Of a stretch of DNA of 44,072 nt, positions 33,951 through 43,366 are shown piece by piece. Below the pieces are notes generated by a model, which was not told the DNA's origin, made no database searches, and worked only from the letters and a program-made list of their open reading frames with translations. Where the stretch lies: contig CAYQNY010000002.1 in assembly GCA_964418925.1 (NCBI GenBank), forward strand, positions 1 to 44,072, written 5' to 3'. This DNA is from an uncultured Verrucomicrobiota bacterium. GTDB lineage: Bacteria; Verrucomicrobiota; Kiritimatiellia; JAAZAB01. The stretch's first letter is position 1; the number at the start of each line of letters is the position of its first letter. Both the position numbers and the translations under genes were made by a program.

Positions 33951-35504
33951 TCAGCGGGCGTATTCGATACAGCGTTTTTCGCGAATTACGGTCACCTTGA
34001 CCTGGCCGGGGTACTGGAGTTCCTGCTCGATTTTCTTGCTGATGTCCCGTGCCAGGTGCATGGCGCCGGCATCATCCACCTTGTTTGGCTGAACGATGAC
34101 CCGTACCTCGCGCCCGGCCTGGATGACATAGCTTTTTTCCACGCCGCTGAATCCGCCGGTAATCGCTTCCAGCTTTTCCAGGCGCTTGACATAGATGGCG
34201 CTGGTCTCGGAGCGGGCTCCGGGGCGGGACGCTGAGATGGCGTCGCCGGCCGCCGTAAGTGTCGCGTAAATGCTTTCCGGTTCCACGTCCGCGTGATGGG
34301 CGGCCACGGCGTTGAGTAGAATCTGTGTTTCACCCTGGCGCCGGAGAAAATCAGCGCCGATGACAGCATGACTGCCTTCCACCTCGCTGTCGAGCGCCTT
34401 ACCGATATCGTGGAACAGGCCGATCCGTTTGGCCAGCATGATATCCAGCCCCAGTTCGCCCGCCATGATGCCCATCAGTTGGGCCACTTCAATGGAATGC
34501 ATCAGCACATTCTGGGCGAAACTGTTGCGGTACTTCAGCCGCCCCAGAGTCCGCACCATCTCCGGCTCCACGCCCTGCAAGCCGACGGCGTAAATGGCTT
34601 CCTCACCGGCCGCCCGGATGATTTCATTCATTTCCTCCTTGACCTTGGCCACAACTTCCTCAATTCGGGCTGGATGTATGCGGCCGTCCACGATAAGACG
34701 TTCCAGCGTCTGCTTGGCAATTTCGCGGCGCATAGGGTCAAACGCGGAGATAACGACAGCTTCCGGCGTGTCGTCTACCAGCAGGTCCACGCCGGTGGCG
34801 GCTTCGAGGGCACGGATATTGCGACCCTCCCGCCCGATGATACGCCCTTTCATGTCATCGTTGGGCAGGGCGATGGTACTGGTCATCATTTCGCTGACAT
34901 GGCCGGATGAGAAACGCTGGATGGCTTGGGCCACAATTTTTCTGGATTCACGTTCAGCGTTTTCCTTGGCTTCCTCCTGCAAGCGCCGGATCAGCATGCC
35001 GGTCTCGCCCTGCACTTCCTCCTTGATCTGTGTTATCAGGGCCTGGCGCGCTTCATCGAGGGTCAAACCAGCTATCCGCTGGAGTTTTTCCCGTTCCGTC
35101 TTGATCAGGGTATTATATTCATTCTGCTGTTGTGTGAGCGCGGTTTCCTTCTTTTCAACTTCCGCCAGCTTCTGTTCGATCGCCAGCGTTTTCTTATCGA
35201 TCATCGTCACCTTGCGATCGAGATTTAACTCGCGTTCCGCCATGCGCTTTTCCAGCGCCGCTATTTCCTGGCGCCGGGTCTTGATACTGCTCTCAAACGC
35301 TTCCCGCGCCTTGAGGACCTCGGTTTTGGCCTGAATCCCCGCTTCCTTGCGGATGGTGTCCGCTTCGCGCCGCGCTTCCTTGCTGAGCCGCTTGACTTCC
35401 TGCTCGCCGGATCTGACTTCATAACGGCCAATAATCAGACGAATATAATAACCCAGTCCTGCCGCCAACAGGACGACACATGTGCCAATCCACCATTGCA
35501 ACAT
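33951..35504 (-). CDS. rny: ribonuclease Y
   Basis: N-terminal TM helix, then a long coiled coil. KH domain 'KGRIIGREGRNIRALE'. HD domain 'HSIEVAQLMG...GLFHDIGKA'. 517 aa. Confidence 0.92.
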   Translation of the reverse strand: MLQWWIGTCVVLLAAGLGYYIRLIIGRYEVRSGEQEVKRLSKEARREADTIRKEAGIQAKTEVLKAREAFESSIKTRRQEIAALEKRMAERELNLDRKVTMIDKKTLAIEQKLAEVEKKETALTQQQNEYNTLIKTEREKLQRIAGLTLDEARQALITQIKEEVQGETGMLIRRLQEEAKENAERESRKIVAQAIQRFSSGHVSEMMTSTIALPNDDMKGRIIGREGRNIRALEAATGVDLLVDDTPEAVVISAFDPMRREIAKQTLERLIVDGRIHPARIEEVVAKVKEEMNEIIRAAGEEAIYAVGLQGVEPEMVRTLGRLKYRNSFAQNVLMHSIEVAQLMGIMAGELGLDIMLAKRIGLFHDIGKALDSEVEGSHAVIGADFLRRQGETQILLNAVAAHHADVEPESIYATLTAAGDAISASRPGARSETSAIYVKRLEKLEAITGGFSGVEKSYVIQAGREVRVIVQPNKVDDAGAMHLARDISKKIEQELQYPGQVKVTVIREKRCIEYAR

Positions 35505-35576
35505 AGTTTCCTCCTCCGGATCGGAGTCCGGTTCCGAATAGTTCTTGTTATGATGTTCTTTTATCCTGAATTATCT

Positions 35577-35860
35577 GCCACCAAGTCTCCAAGGCACTAA
35601 GAAAAATAAACAATAAAAACTTGAGTCGGTCTAACCTGACCTATTCATGAAGATTTTAATTCTTCATGAATAGGTCACCCAAAGGGCCGTTTCGACAATG
35701 CTCAAGGCCCTGAGCGAAGCCGAACGGGCAAGCCTGCGATTTTTGCAGGCGCGTCGAAATTTCAAAGCCATTGGCTTTGAAATGCTTATAAATGAAAATA
35801 TAATTTTCATGCATAATGCAGGCTAATAAAGAATCCTTTGTGCCTCGGTGTCTTAGTGGC
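35577..35860. repeat. ~285-bp repeat-rich intergenic block bounded by 25-bp imperfect inverted repeats
   Basis: 'gccaccaagtctccaaggcactaag' (35577..35601) matches the reverse complement of 35836..35860 at 20/25. The interior holds a REP-like unit (35686..35724) that is the reverse complement of the unit at 7531..7568, plus the 17-bp palindrome listed separately. Confidence 0.45.
35637..35677. repeat. perfect 17-bp inverted repeat with 7-nt spacer (AT-rich)
   Basis: 'tgacctattcatgaaga-ttttaat-tcttcatgaataggtca'. Lies between the 5-FCL stop and the rny start on the minus strand. It may be a terminator or an operator. Confidence 0.5.
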
Positions 35861-35870
35861 TATTTCTTTT

Positions 35871-36440
35871 CTACCGGCAGCGGATGACGGCATATTCCGT
35901 CACGATGATGTCCATGCCGATATCGTGTGCCAATGTCGGCACGTGATCCCGTATTTGAAACACAAAGGCCAGTCCGACCTTTAAAGCCGTACGCAGAGCC
36001 GCGCGCGCCAGCAGCCTGTCATAATGGCCTCCGCCATGCCCGATGCGTCCTCCGTGCGAATCAAAGGCTAACCCCGGCGTAATAACAATATCCACAACCC
36101 CTGGTCGGTTCCAATCCGGTTGTTCCGGTTCCGGGATATGATGCCGGCCTGTGGTCAGCGCATCCGCGCGTGCGAGCCGGGTCCACTCATAGCGTTCGCG
36201 TGTCGGACGAAAAGCCGGCACCCAAACCTGTTTGCCGGCCTGTCGGCAGTCGTCAATAATCCATCCGGTTTGAACTTCTGTCGGCGCGGCCAGGTAACAA
36301 CAGATCAGCCGCGCGGTGCTCCATTCATCCAACGCCAGGAGCCGTTGTTGAATCCGGTCGCTCCTTGGCCGGACCCAGTTGGGCGTCAGTTCCTGCCGCT
36401 GGTCATGGATGTGCCGGCGGATATCCGTTTTGGTCGTCAT
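35871..36440 (-). CDS. 5-formyltetrahydrofolate cyclo-ligase
   Basis: 189 aa. 'KTDIRRHIHDQRQ', 'ICCYLAAPTEVQT' and 'VITPGLAFDSHGGRIGHGGGHYDR' are typical of the MTHFS family. Confidence 0.8.
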   Translation of the reverse strand: MTTKTDIRRHIHDQRQELTPNWVRPRSDRIQQRLLALDEWSTARLICCYLAAPTEVQTGWIIDDCRQAGKQVWVPAFRPTRERYEWTRLARADALTTGRHHIPEPEQPDWNRPGVVDIVITPGLAFDSHGGRIGHGGGHYDRLLARAALRTALKVGLAFVFQIRDHVPTLAHDIGMDIIVTEYAVIRCR

Positions 36441-36470
36441 GGTTGTTGATCTCTTGTTGTTTTATCCTGA

Positions 36471-37847
36471 TTATTCTGTCTTTTTCTCTTCATCCTGCTT
36501 CCCGCTTGTTTCTTTGCGCTTTGCCGCTTTCCGCTGGGCCTGTTTGATCTTGGCCCATTGCACCAGACGCTGTTGCAGCACTGCTTCATAGCCTTCCCGG
36601 GTTGGTTCATAATAAACCGCCGAGGTGGGGATGTATTCCTGGTCCACGACATGGCCTTCAAAATCATGGGCATATTGATATCCTTTGTGCGCCAAACGCT
36701 CTGCGCCGCGATAACCGGTGCCGCGCAAGGGTTTGGGTACCGGCAGTACGCGGCCGTTCTTGACGTCATGCAGAGCTTTTTCGATTGCCAGGTAGGCGGC
36801 ATTGCTTTTCGGCGCGCAAGCCAGGTATGTTGTGGCTTGGGATAAAATGATGCGGGCTTCCGGCATGCCGACGAAGTCCACGGCATCCTTGGCCGCCGCA
36901 GCCACCAACAAACCGCGTGGGTCGGCATTGCCGATATCCTCAGACGCCAGGATAATCAAGCGCCGGGCGATGAACCGGGGATCTTCACCCGCGTAAAGCA
37001 TTTTAGCCAGCCAGTACACAGCTGCGTGGGGATCGGAACCGCGCACGCTTTTAATGAACGCGGAAATTGTGTCGTAATGCCCATCGTCGTCGCGGTCGTA
37101 AACAACGGCCTTTTTCTGAATGGAGTCTTCCGCAATCTCGCGGGTAATATGGAGGCGGCCCTGGGCGTTGGGCGGCGTGGTCAACACTGCAATTTCCAGC
37201 GCGTTCAGTGCGCGCCGGGCATCGCCCTCACAGGTCCGGGCCAGGTGGGCCAGCGCCACGTCATCGGCATCCACCGGGAAAGCCGCCAGGCCGCGCGTAT
37301 CGGTCAGGGCGCGGTGCAGGAGACGGATGATGTCGTCTTCCGCAATAGGGTCCAGCTCGAAAATCTGGGAGCGGGATGTCAGGGGGCTGTTAACAAAGAA
37401 AAACGGGTTGTGGGTCGTGGCGCCAATGAGCGTGACCGAACCGTTTTCAACATAAGGCAGCAGGATGTCCTGCTGTGATTTATTGAAATGATGAATTTCG
37501 TCAATGAACAGAATGGTTTCAACATCTTCACGCCGGCGGCGTTCATAAGCGGCTTGCAGAAGATCGCGTAGGATGGCGACATTGGCAACCACACCGCTGA
37601 TACGCTCAAATCTGCGGCGGGTCACCCGGGCAATGACTTCGGCCAGCGAAGTTTTGCCGCATCCCGGCGGACCGTAGAGAATGAGACTGCCGAGCCGGTC
37701 CGATTCGATTGCGCGCCGCAGTAGTTTTTCGGGAGCCAGCAGAGAATCCTGGCCGACAATTTCTTCCAGCGATTGGGGGCGCATCCTTGCCGCCAGAGGC
37801 TGTTGACGGATATCATGATCCGGCTTTGACTCATCAAACAGGTCCAT
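36471..37847 (-). CDS. rarA: replication-associated recombination protein A (AAA+ ATPase)
   Basis: Walker A 'LILYGPPGCGKTSLA'. Walker B 'ILFIDEIHHFNKSQQD'. 'GATTHNPFF' and the MgsA C-terminal 'HYDTISAFIKSVRGSDPHAAVYWLAKML' are present. A Lys/Glu-rich tail follows. Confidence 0.92.
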   Translation of the reverse strand: MDLFDESKPDHDIRQQPLAARMRPQSLEEIVGQDSLLAPEKLLRRAIESDRLGSLILYGPPGCGKTSLAEVIARVTRRRFERISGVVANVAILRDLLQAAYERRRREDVETILFIDEIHHFNKSQQDILLPYVENGSVTLIGATTHNPFFFVNSPLTSRSQIFELDPIAEDDIIRLLHRALTDTRGLAAFPVDADDVALAHLARTCEGDARRALNALEIAVLTTPPNAQGRLHITREIAEDSIQKKAVVYDRDDDGHYDTISAFIKSVRGSDPHAAVYWLAKMLYAGEDPRFIARRLIILASEDIGNADPRGLLVAAAAKDAVDFVGMPEARIILSQATTYLACAPKSNAAYLAIEKALHDVKNGRVLPVPKPLRGTGYRGAERLAHKGYQYAHDFEGHVVDQEYIPTSAVYYEPTREGYEAVLQQRLVQWAKIKQAQRKAAKRKETSGKQDEEKKTE

Positions 37848-38349
37848 GAATTTTCCCCGAAAAAAGAATACCCCACCCGGTCGTGACGGTTCCCGTTTCT
37901 GTTCCGATTGAACAACGTGGGTGCTCTAACCAATGGGTTCCAAGTCCCTGAACGGGCATAAGGGTGCCATTGGGGTTCGAGCTCCCTATCAGACTTATTA
38001 ATGGGTCAGAAAATAGGCCCGAAACCACGCGCCAGGCAGGGTATTCAGAGAGTGCAAAATGAAATTCAACGAGGGAAAATCATTTCGACCAAATGTTGTG
38101 AAAGAACAATTACGATTCCTTGTAGAAATTTATTGCCGCCAACCTGTGACCGTCAGCCAACCATACCTCATCACGGCAATGACAGCGTATCGTCAATCGC
38201 TGATCGGCGTTCACCCGGACCTGAGCCGGGAGGTAATGACAACCACAAACCGCTAAACCATCAAACACAGACATGTCATCCATGCCTGAAAAGAATCGCA
38301 ATTGCAACAACTTAAGACCGAACTCAATGAATTTCATTATCGTCCCTGA

Positions 38350-40953
38350 TTACCCCTCTCGAATCTCTGCCTTTAACTCATTCCGCAAACCGGTTTTAAT
38401 GGACTCATGCAGGCTATTCACCTCGTTGTCCGTCAAAGTCCGATCTGTAGCACGATATGTCAGGGAATAAGCCATGCTTTTCCAGCCCACTCCAAGTTCC
38501 ACATTTTTATATATATCAAAGAGTTGAATGTTTGTCAATTCTTTTGGCGCAATATTTTGAATCGTCCGAATGATCGTTTCATGCTTGATGCCGGCGCCGA
38601 CGCGCAGGGCGATATCCCGCGTCACGGAAGGATACACCGGAAGACGTCCTGCCGTCGGCGTATCTTCTACATATCGCAGTAGCGGCGCCAGGCGGAGTTC
38701 AAGAACCGCGACAGGTTCCAGGATACGATATTCGCGGCAAATATCGTCTATGATCAGACCCAGCACACCGCCAGCCTCGCCGTTCAAGGCGACGGCCATC
38801 AGGCGATGATCTTTGAAACAACGGCCAGGAAAATTCTCCGGCACCGGCGCCCCGGGCGCCAGCGACGATAAGGCCATGCCCGTGACAGGGTTTGATGAGG
38901 ACCATGGCAATGCCAGCGCCGCGCAGAGCGCTTCCAGAATGCCTTTCAGCCACGTAAACGCGTCGTTTTCACACCAGGGACGGTGTTTTTCAAGTCCCGG
39001 CCGGCCCACAGGACCCATAAGACCGATCACCAGCCGTTCTTCCTCATTCAGCTTGCCTGCGGCAGAGAAAAATACCCGGCCGATTTCAAAGAAGGCGGCT
39101 TCCATGATTTGCCGCGACCGGTTACGGCCCAGGGTATCCATCATCTGGGGCAACAGCCACGGCCGTAAAATTGAGTGATCGGCGCTGATGGGACGGGCCA
39201 GAACAATCCGCCGGTCAGCGGCGGCACTGTCTCCGCCGGAGGCGGATCCACCTAAGGCGGAAAAGCGGTTCAAAAGCGCCTCGCCGACAAAGCTATAATT
39301 CACGATTTCTGAGAGGCCCAGTCCAATCAGGTGCCGGCGACATTGTATGATCGCGCGGGATAACTGGTCGTCGGTCAGCCCGCCTTCGCCGTCACTTCGT
39401 TCCTGGCTACGGTGGGCCGGCCCGCCTTTATCATTGCTCCGCCCGGCGACAGACTCAAGACCCTGAACAGAACTGAAGGGTGCCTGACCATGGCGGGGTC
39501 CGTTGCCGCGGGATGGATCTCGCATTGGAATTTTGTCCAGGCCGTGCATGCGGGCGACTTCCTCGATCAGGTCGGCCTCGGTTTCCAGGTCCGGCCGGAA
39601 GGTCGGAATTTTTACGTCACAGGTCTTGCCTTTATGTTGCGTTACCGGGAGCATGAGCGATTCCAAAATGGAAGCAATGCGAGCATTGGTAATATCCACG
39701 CCCAGCAGTTGCCGGACACGGTCAAACCGGCAGGTAATGGTACGCAACTGTGGTTCAACCGGATAAGCGTCAATGACACCTTTGGCCGCCTTGGCCCCGG
39801 CCCATTGAACCATCAGGGCTGACGCGCGCCGGCTGGCCCAGTCCGCCAGGTTGATGTCCACACCGCGCTCGAACCGGTAAGAAGACTCCGTGGAAAGTCC
39901 CAGGATTTTGGAACCTTTTCGGACCACGGTGGAATTGAAGCCGGCGCTTTCCAGGAGAACCGTGCGCGTGGTGTCCAGGATACCGCTGGCCATACCGCCC
40001 ATGATCCCGGCCACGGCTACCGGAGCACGCGCGTCGGCGATGACCAGCATATCCGGCGTCAGAGCGTGTTCCGTGCCATCGAGCATGGCCATGCGCTCAC
40101 CCGATTTGGCCCGGCGTACCACGACGCGGCCTTCGTTCAACAGTGTTTGATCGAACGCGTGGAGCGGCTGACCGCATTCCAGCATGACGTAATTGGTCGC
40201 ATCCACGATGTTGTTGATCGGCCGGATGCCGGCCAGCGCCAGCCGGCGGCGGGCCAGGAAAGGGCTGGGCCTGATAGTGACATGGGACAAGATACGGGCC
40301 GTGTAACGCGGGCATCCGGACGCGTCTTCGACCTGGACGGATGTACAGGTATCAACCGCCGGACCTTCCTCCGGAAAGGAAACGGCAGGCAGTTTCAGCC
40401 GACGTCCGTAGAGCGCCGCCACTTCCCGGGCGATACCGATCATGCTCAGGCAGTCCGGCCGGTTCGGCGTTACTTCAATGGTCAGTACCGTTTCCGGCGG
40501 ACCGAGAATTTCCGTCAGGGACGTGCCGGCGGCAACGTCAGGGGGCAGAATCAGCAGGCCGGAATGGTCGTCGGAAAGCCCCAATTCGTCTTCCGCGCAC
40601 AGCATGCCTGGCGACGCTTCGCCCCGAATTTCGGCGGCCTGGATGACCGTGCCGTCGGGAAGCGCGGCACCGACTTCTGCCAGCGGGACCTTGTCGCCAA
40701 CGCTGAAATTCCGGGCGCCGCAAACCAACCGGCGGGTGTCCTTGCCGTTCGACACCTCGCAGAGCAACAGGGCTGCGGCGGTCGGGTGCGGTTGAACGCT
40801 CAATATTTCGCCGGCCACAATGCCCTTGAAGTCGGAACTGATGACATGCAGACTTTCGACCTCCAGGCCGGCGAATGTCAGGCGCTCGGCGAGCGCCGGC
40901 GGCTCGACATCCACGTCAACGTATTCTTTTAACCAGCTGAATGGGATTTTCAT
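38350..40953 (-). CDS. pheT: phenylalanine--tRNA ligase beta subunit
   Basis: N-terminus 'MKIPFSWLKEYV'. tRNA-binding domain, B3/4 'NNIVDATNYVMLECGQPLHAFD', B5 'DLIEEVARMHG', and a C-terminal FDX-ACB region. 867 aa including a low-complexity insertion (aa ~478-528). Confidence 0.92.
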   Translation of the reverse strand: MKIPFSWLKEYVDVDVEPPALAERLTFAGLEVESLHVISSDFKGIVAGEILSVQPHPTAAALLLCEVSNGKDTRRLVCGARNFSVGDKVPLAEVGAALPDGTVIQAAEIRGEASPGMLCAEDELGLSDDHSGLLILPPDVAAGTSLTEILGPPETVLTIEVTPNRPDCLSMIGIAREVAALYGRRLKLPAVSFPEEGPAVDTCTSVQVEDASGCPRYTARILSHVTIRPSPFLARRRLALAGIRPINNIVDATNYVMLECGQPLHAFDQTLLNEGRVVVRRAKSGERMAMLDGTEHALTPDMLVIADARAPVAVAGIMGGMASGILDTTRTVLLESAGFNSTVVRKGSKILGLSTESSYRFERGVDINLADWASRRASALMVQWAGAKAAKGVIDAYPVEPQLRTITCRFDRVRQLLGVDITNARIASILESLMLPVTQHKGKTCDVKIPTFRPDLETEADLIEEVARMHGLDKIPMRDPSRGNGPRHGQAPFSSVQGLESVAGRSNDKGGPAHRSQERSDGEGGLTDDQLSRAIIQCRRHLIGLGLSEIVNYSFVGEALLNRFSALGGSASGGDSAAADRRIVLARPISADHSILRPWLLPQMMDTLGRNRSRQIMEAAFFEIGRVFFSAAGKLNEEERLVIGLMGPVGRPGLEKHRPWCENDAFTWLKGILEALCAALALPWSSSNPVTGMALSSLAPGAPVPENFPGRCFKDHRLMAVALNGEAGGVLGLIIDDICREYRILEPVAVLELRLAPLLRYVEDTPTAGRLPVYPSVTRDIALRVGAGIKHETIIRTIQNIAPKELTNIQLFDIYKNVELGVGWKSMAYSLTYRATDRTLTDNEVNSLHESIKTGLRNELKAEIREG

Positions 40954-41993
40954 AACGCTAATTGCTTCAGGAACCGGATATCATTGTCATACAGCAGGCG
41001 GATGTCGTGAATGTCGTACTTGACCATGGCAATCCGCTCGACGCCCATGCCAAAAGCATAACCGGTGGTCGTTTCCGGATCGTAGCCAACCTTTTTGAAG
41101 ACCTTGGGATTCACCATGCCGGCGCCGGAGATCTCAATCCAGCCGCTGTGTTTGCAGATGCGGCATCCCTTGCCGCCGCAGACATGACAGGAAAAATCAT
41201 ATTCCACGCTCGGCTCCGTGAACGGGAAAAAGTGCGGACGGAAGCGTACTTTGACGTCCGGTCCCATCATTCGCCGGGCGAAATAGGCGATATCGCTTTT
41301 CAGGTCGGCCATGGAAACATCGCGATCCACGTAAAGACCCTCGATCTGGTGGAAGTTGGCGCTGTGCGTGGCGTCGGTCGTGTCACGCCGGTAACAACGG
41401 CCGGGGGCGATGATCCGGACGGGCGGTTGCTGCTGTTCCATGACCCGGATCTGTACCGGCGAGGTCTGAGTGCGCAGGAGCTCGCCGCTTTCCAGCCAGA
41501 ACGTGTCCTGGATGTCGCGGGAGGGATGGTCGGCGGGGGTGTTTAAGGCGTCAAAGTTGTAATACTCGGTCTCGATATCCGGGCCGTCGGCCACGGTGAA
41601 ACCCAGCGTCGCGAAAATCTGGATGGTGTCCTCGATAATCCGGTTGATGGGATGTCTACTGCCCAGGGGCCGCCACTGGCCGGGGAGCGTGTCGTCGAAA
41701 ATCTCGGCCGGACCGGCGGTACGGGCCTGCAACTCAGTGCGCCGTGATTTCAGCAGAGCGTCTAGTTCCTGCTTGAGCTCGTTGGAAATCCGGCCCATGG
41801 CCGGACGCTCGGCGGCAGACAAGCTCTTCAACCCCTTCATGATTTCCGGCAACAGGCCCTTGCGGCCCAGGTACTGGACGCGGACCTTTTCCAGCTCATC
41901 CGCATTTTTGGCCGCGCGGCCATCCTGCAGCGCCGCTTCTTTTAATGCCTGGAGATCACTGGTTTTCATGGATTCGGTTTTTTCAGTGGCCAA
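40950..41993 (-). CDS. pheS: phenylalanine--tRNA ligase alpha subunit
   Basis: 'HPINRIIE', 'HPSRDIQDTFW', 'LRTQTSPVQIR', 'GRCYRRD', 'FHQIEGL' and 'GFAFGMGVERIAM' class-II motifs. 4-nt overlap with pheT. Confidence 0.95.
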   Translation of the reverse strand: MATEKTESMKTSDLQALKEAALQDGRAAKNADELEKVRVQYLGRKGLLPEIMKGLKSLSAAERPAMGRISNELKQELDALLKSRRTELQARTAGPAEIFDDTLPGQWRPLGSRHPINRIIEDTIQIFATLGFTVADGPDIETEYYNFDALNTPADHPSRDIQDTFWLESGELLRTQTSPVQIRVMEQQQPPVRIIAPGRCYRRDTTDATHSANFHQIEGLYVDRDVSMADLKSDIAYFARRMMGPDVKVRFRPHFFPFTEPSVEYDFSCHVCGGKGCRICKHSGWIEISGAGMVNPKVFKKVGYDPETTTGYAFGMGVERIAMVKYDIHDIRLLYDNDIRFLKQLAL

Positions 41994-42063
41994 TCATTCC
42001 TTGGGTCATAAGGCTGAACATCTCATTCTGTATAATGAAAACTACTCCGCAAGTCCAGTGCAT

Positions 42064-42354
42064 TTATAACGTATTCCGTGGACCAACCTCGGCCAGAGCA
42101 TTATAAAGCAGCCTTCGGCTGTAACCAAAAAGTGTTGCTTGACGGACACAAACGTTCGTCGGCCCATCCCAACGCATTACATCGAGCACGGCTGCTTTAT
42201 CAGCAATCGCAGGAACGATTGCGAGGAGGATCGAGTCTTCCGTTGACAATGTTGACCATCTATGTCGCTTACTCCATGGAAGGGGATGGAGTCCCCAGAA
42301 ACCCACGCGCCGAGCTATCGAACGCAATGAAGAATCCATTGCCCAATGGACCAA
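42064..42354 (-). CDS. possible small Fis-type HTH protein, or relic of the C-terminus of a sigma-54 activator
   Basis: The C-terminal 45 aa 'AAVLDVMRWDGPTNVCVRQATLFGYSRRLLYNALAEVG' follow the Fis/NtrC HTH_8 pattern (..L..AL....GN...AA..LGISR.TLY.KL...G). The N-terminal 45 aa (W/R/H-rich) look non-coding. Confidence 0.3.
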   Translation of the reverse strand: MVHWAMDSSLRSIARRVGFWGLHPLPWSKRHRWSTLSTEDSILLAIVPAIADKAAVLDVMRWDGPTNVCVRQATLFGYSRRLLYNALAEVGPRNTL

Positions 42355-42457
42355 TATCCAATGGCCTCGCGCTGGAAAAAATACGTGTTTTTAGTGTTGA
42401 CGTCCGGCCATAGTGAACGTATAGTTCAAAAAGAATGAATAAAAGGTACATTCTGCC

Positions 42458-43222
42458 GTGAAGCCGGAAATCCGTCAGCAACAGCTCATGAACCGCCTGC
42501 GGGCGGTGGAGCGGGAGTGGCGCGTGGACGAACTGGCCCGCGCGCTCAAGGTCTCGCTGCTCACCATCCGCCGCGATCTGGATGTCCTGGTAAACGCCGG
42601 CGCTATCGTGCGCACCCTGGGCGGATGCATTGCCCTGAGCCGCACCCAGAACGCCGCGTACCAGAAACGGGTCGCCACCCGGTTCGATCTCAAACAGGCC
42701 ATCGGCCGCGCCGCCGCGGGCGAAGTCCACGCCGGCGATACGCTTCTGATCAGCGACGGCTCCACCACCTTCCATCTGGCATCCTGCCTGGGCGGATGCG
42801 GCCCGATCACGGTCTATACCAATTCCGTGGCTATGATCGGCGAGTTCAGCCGGTTCGACAACGTGCGCGTGTTCCTGCTGGGAGGCGAATACCACCGCGA
42901 TCTGTATTGCATGGGCGGCGGGCTCATGGCCGGCGTGCTGGAAAACGTCCGCGCCGACACCCTGTTTTTCGGGACCGATGGCGTGGATACGCGCGGACGG
43001 TGCCTGGCCGTGAACGCCGACGCGGCCCGCGACGCGCGGAACATGCTCCGGTGCGGCCGGCGGAACATTCTGCTGGCCGACGCCACGAAAGTCGGCGACC
43101 GCGTCGGCGTTGTGTTCGGCACACTGCGGGATTTCGATCTATGGATCACAACGCCGGGACTGAAACGCGAGGAAATGACCGGCTTCAAACGTCTGGTGCG
43201 GATAAAGGAAGTGTCCGTGTGA
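42458..43222 (+). CDS. DeoR/GlpR-family transcriptional regulator
   Basis: GTG start, with ATG at 42488 as an alternative. HTH 'VDELARALKVSLLTIRRDLDVL'. C-terminal sugar-phosphate-binding-type domain 'LISDGSTTF', 'VYTNS' and 'FFGTDGVD'. Confidence 0.85.
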   Translation: MKPEIRQQQLMNRLRAVEREWRVDELARALKVSLLTIRRDLDVLVNAGAIVRTLGGCIALSRTQNAAYQKRVATRFDLKQAIGRAAAGEVHAGDTLLISDGSTTFHLASCLGGCGPITVYTNSVAMIGEFSRFDNVRVFLLGGEYHRDLYCMGGGLMAGVLENVRADTLFFGTDGVDTRGRCLAVNADAARDARNMLRCGRRNILLADATKVGDRVGVVFGTLRDFDLWITTPGLKREEMTGFKRLVRIKEVSV

Positions 43223-43235
43223 CTCAAGTCCGGAT

Positions 43236-43366
43236 TAGACTTCTGCGAAATGGTCTAAAATCGCGCCCACTCGGTGAGTGGGCCTACAAAAAACAAGGAA
43301 TTTGTAGGCCGCGTGACCACGCCGGATGCGTGGCAAGCCCCACGCGGCGCATTTCGCAGAAGTCTA
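43236..43366. mobile_element. 131-bp MITE-like element, copy 2 (perfect 17-bp TIRs, perfect 12-bp flanking direct repeat)
   Basis: 'tagacttctgcgaaatg' (43236..43252) is the exact reverse complement of 43350..43366. It is flanked by 'tcaagtccggat' at 43224..43235 and 43367..43378. It starts 14 nt after the DeoR stop codon. Confidence 0.75.

Noticed and set aside
37921-37995. Possible tRNA or tmRNA gene, suggested by 'ggttcgagc' T-loop-like and 'ttggttagagcac' D-loop-like strings.
   Set aside because: The two pieces lie on opposite strands. No acceptor stem or anticodon arm can be built. The T-stem would need a G-U at the conserved G53-C61 pair. At most these are tRNA-derived scraps.
39370-39522. 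A ~50-aa insertion in PheT ('RDPSRGNGPRHGQAPFSSVQGLESVAGRSNDKGGPAHRSQERSDGEGG'), considered as an intein or mobile insertion.
   Set aside because: It is low-complexity, Gly/Ser/Arg-rich and in frame. It has no intein splice-junction or endonuclease motifs and no flanking repeats. It is most simply a lineage-specific linker.
42078-42413. A 111-aa plus-strand ORF in the pheS-deoR spacer.
   Set aside because: It has no recognisable motifs and is antisense to the segment that carries the Fis-type HTH pattern. Its composition is not protein-like.
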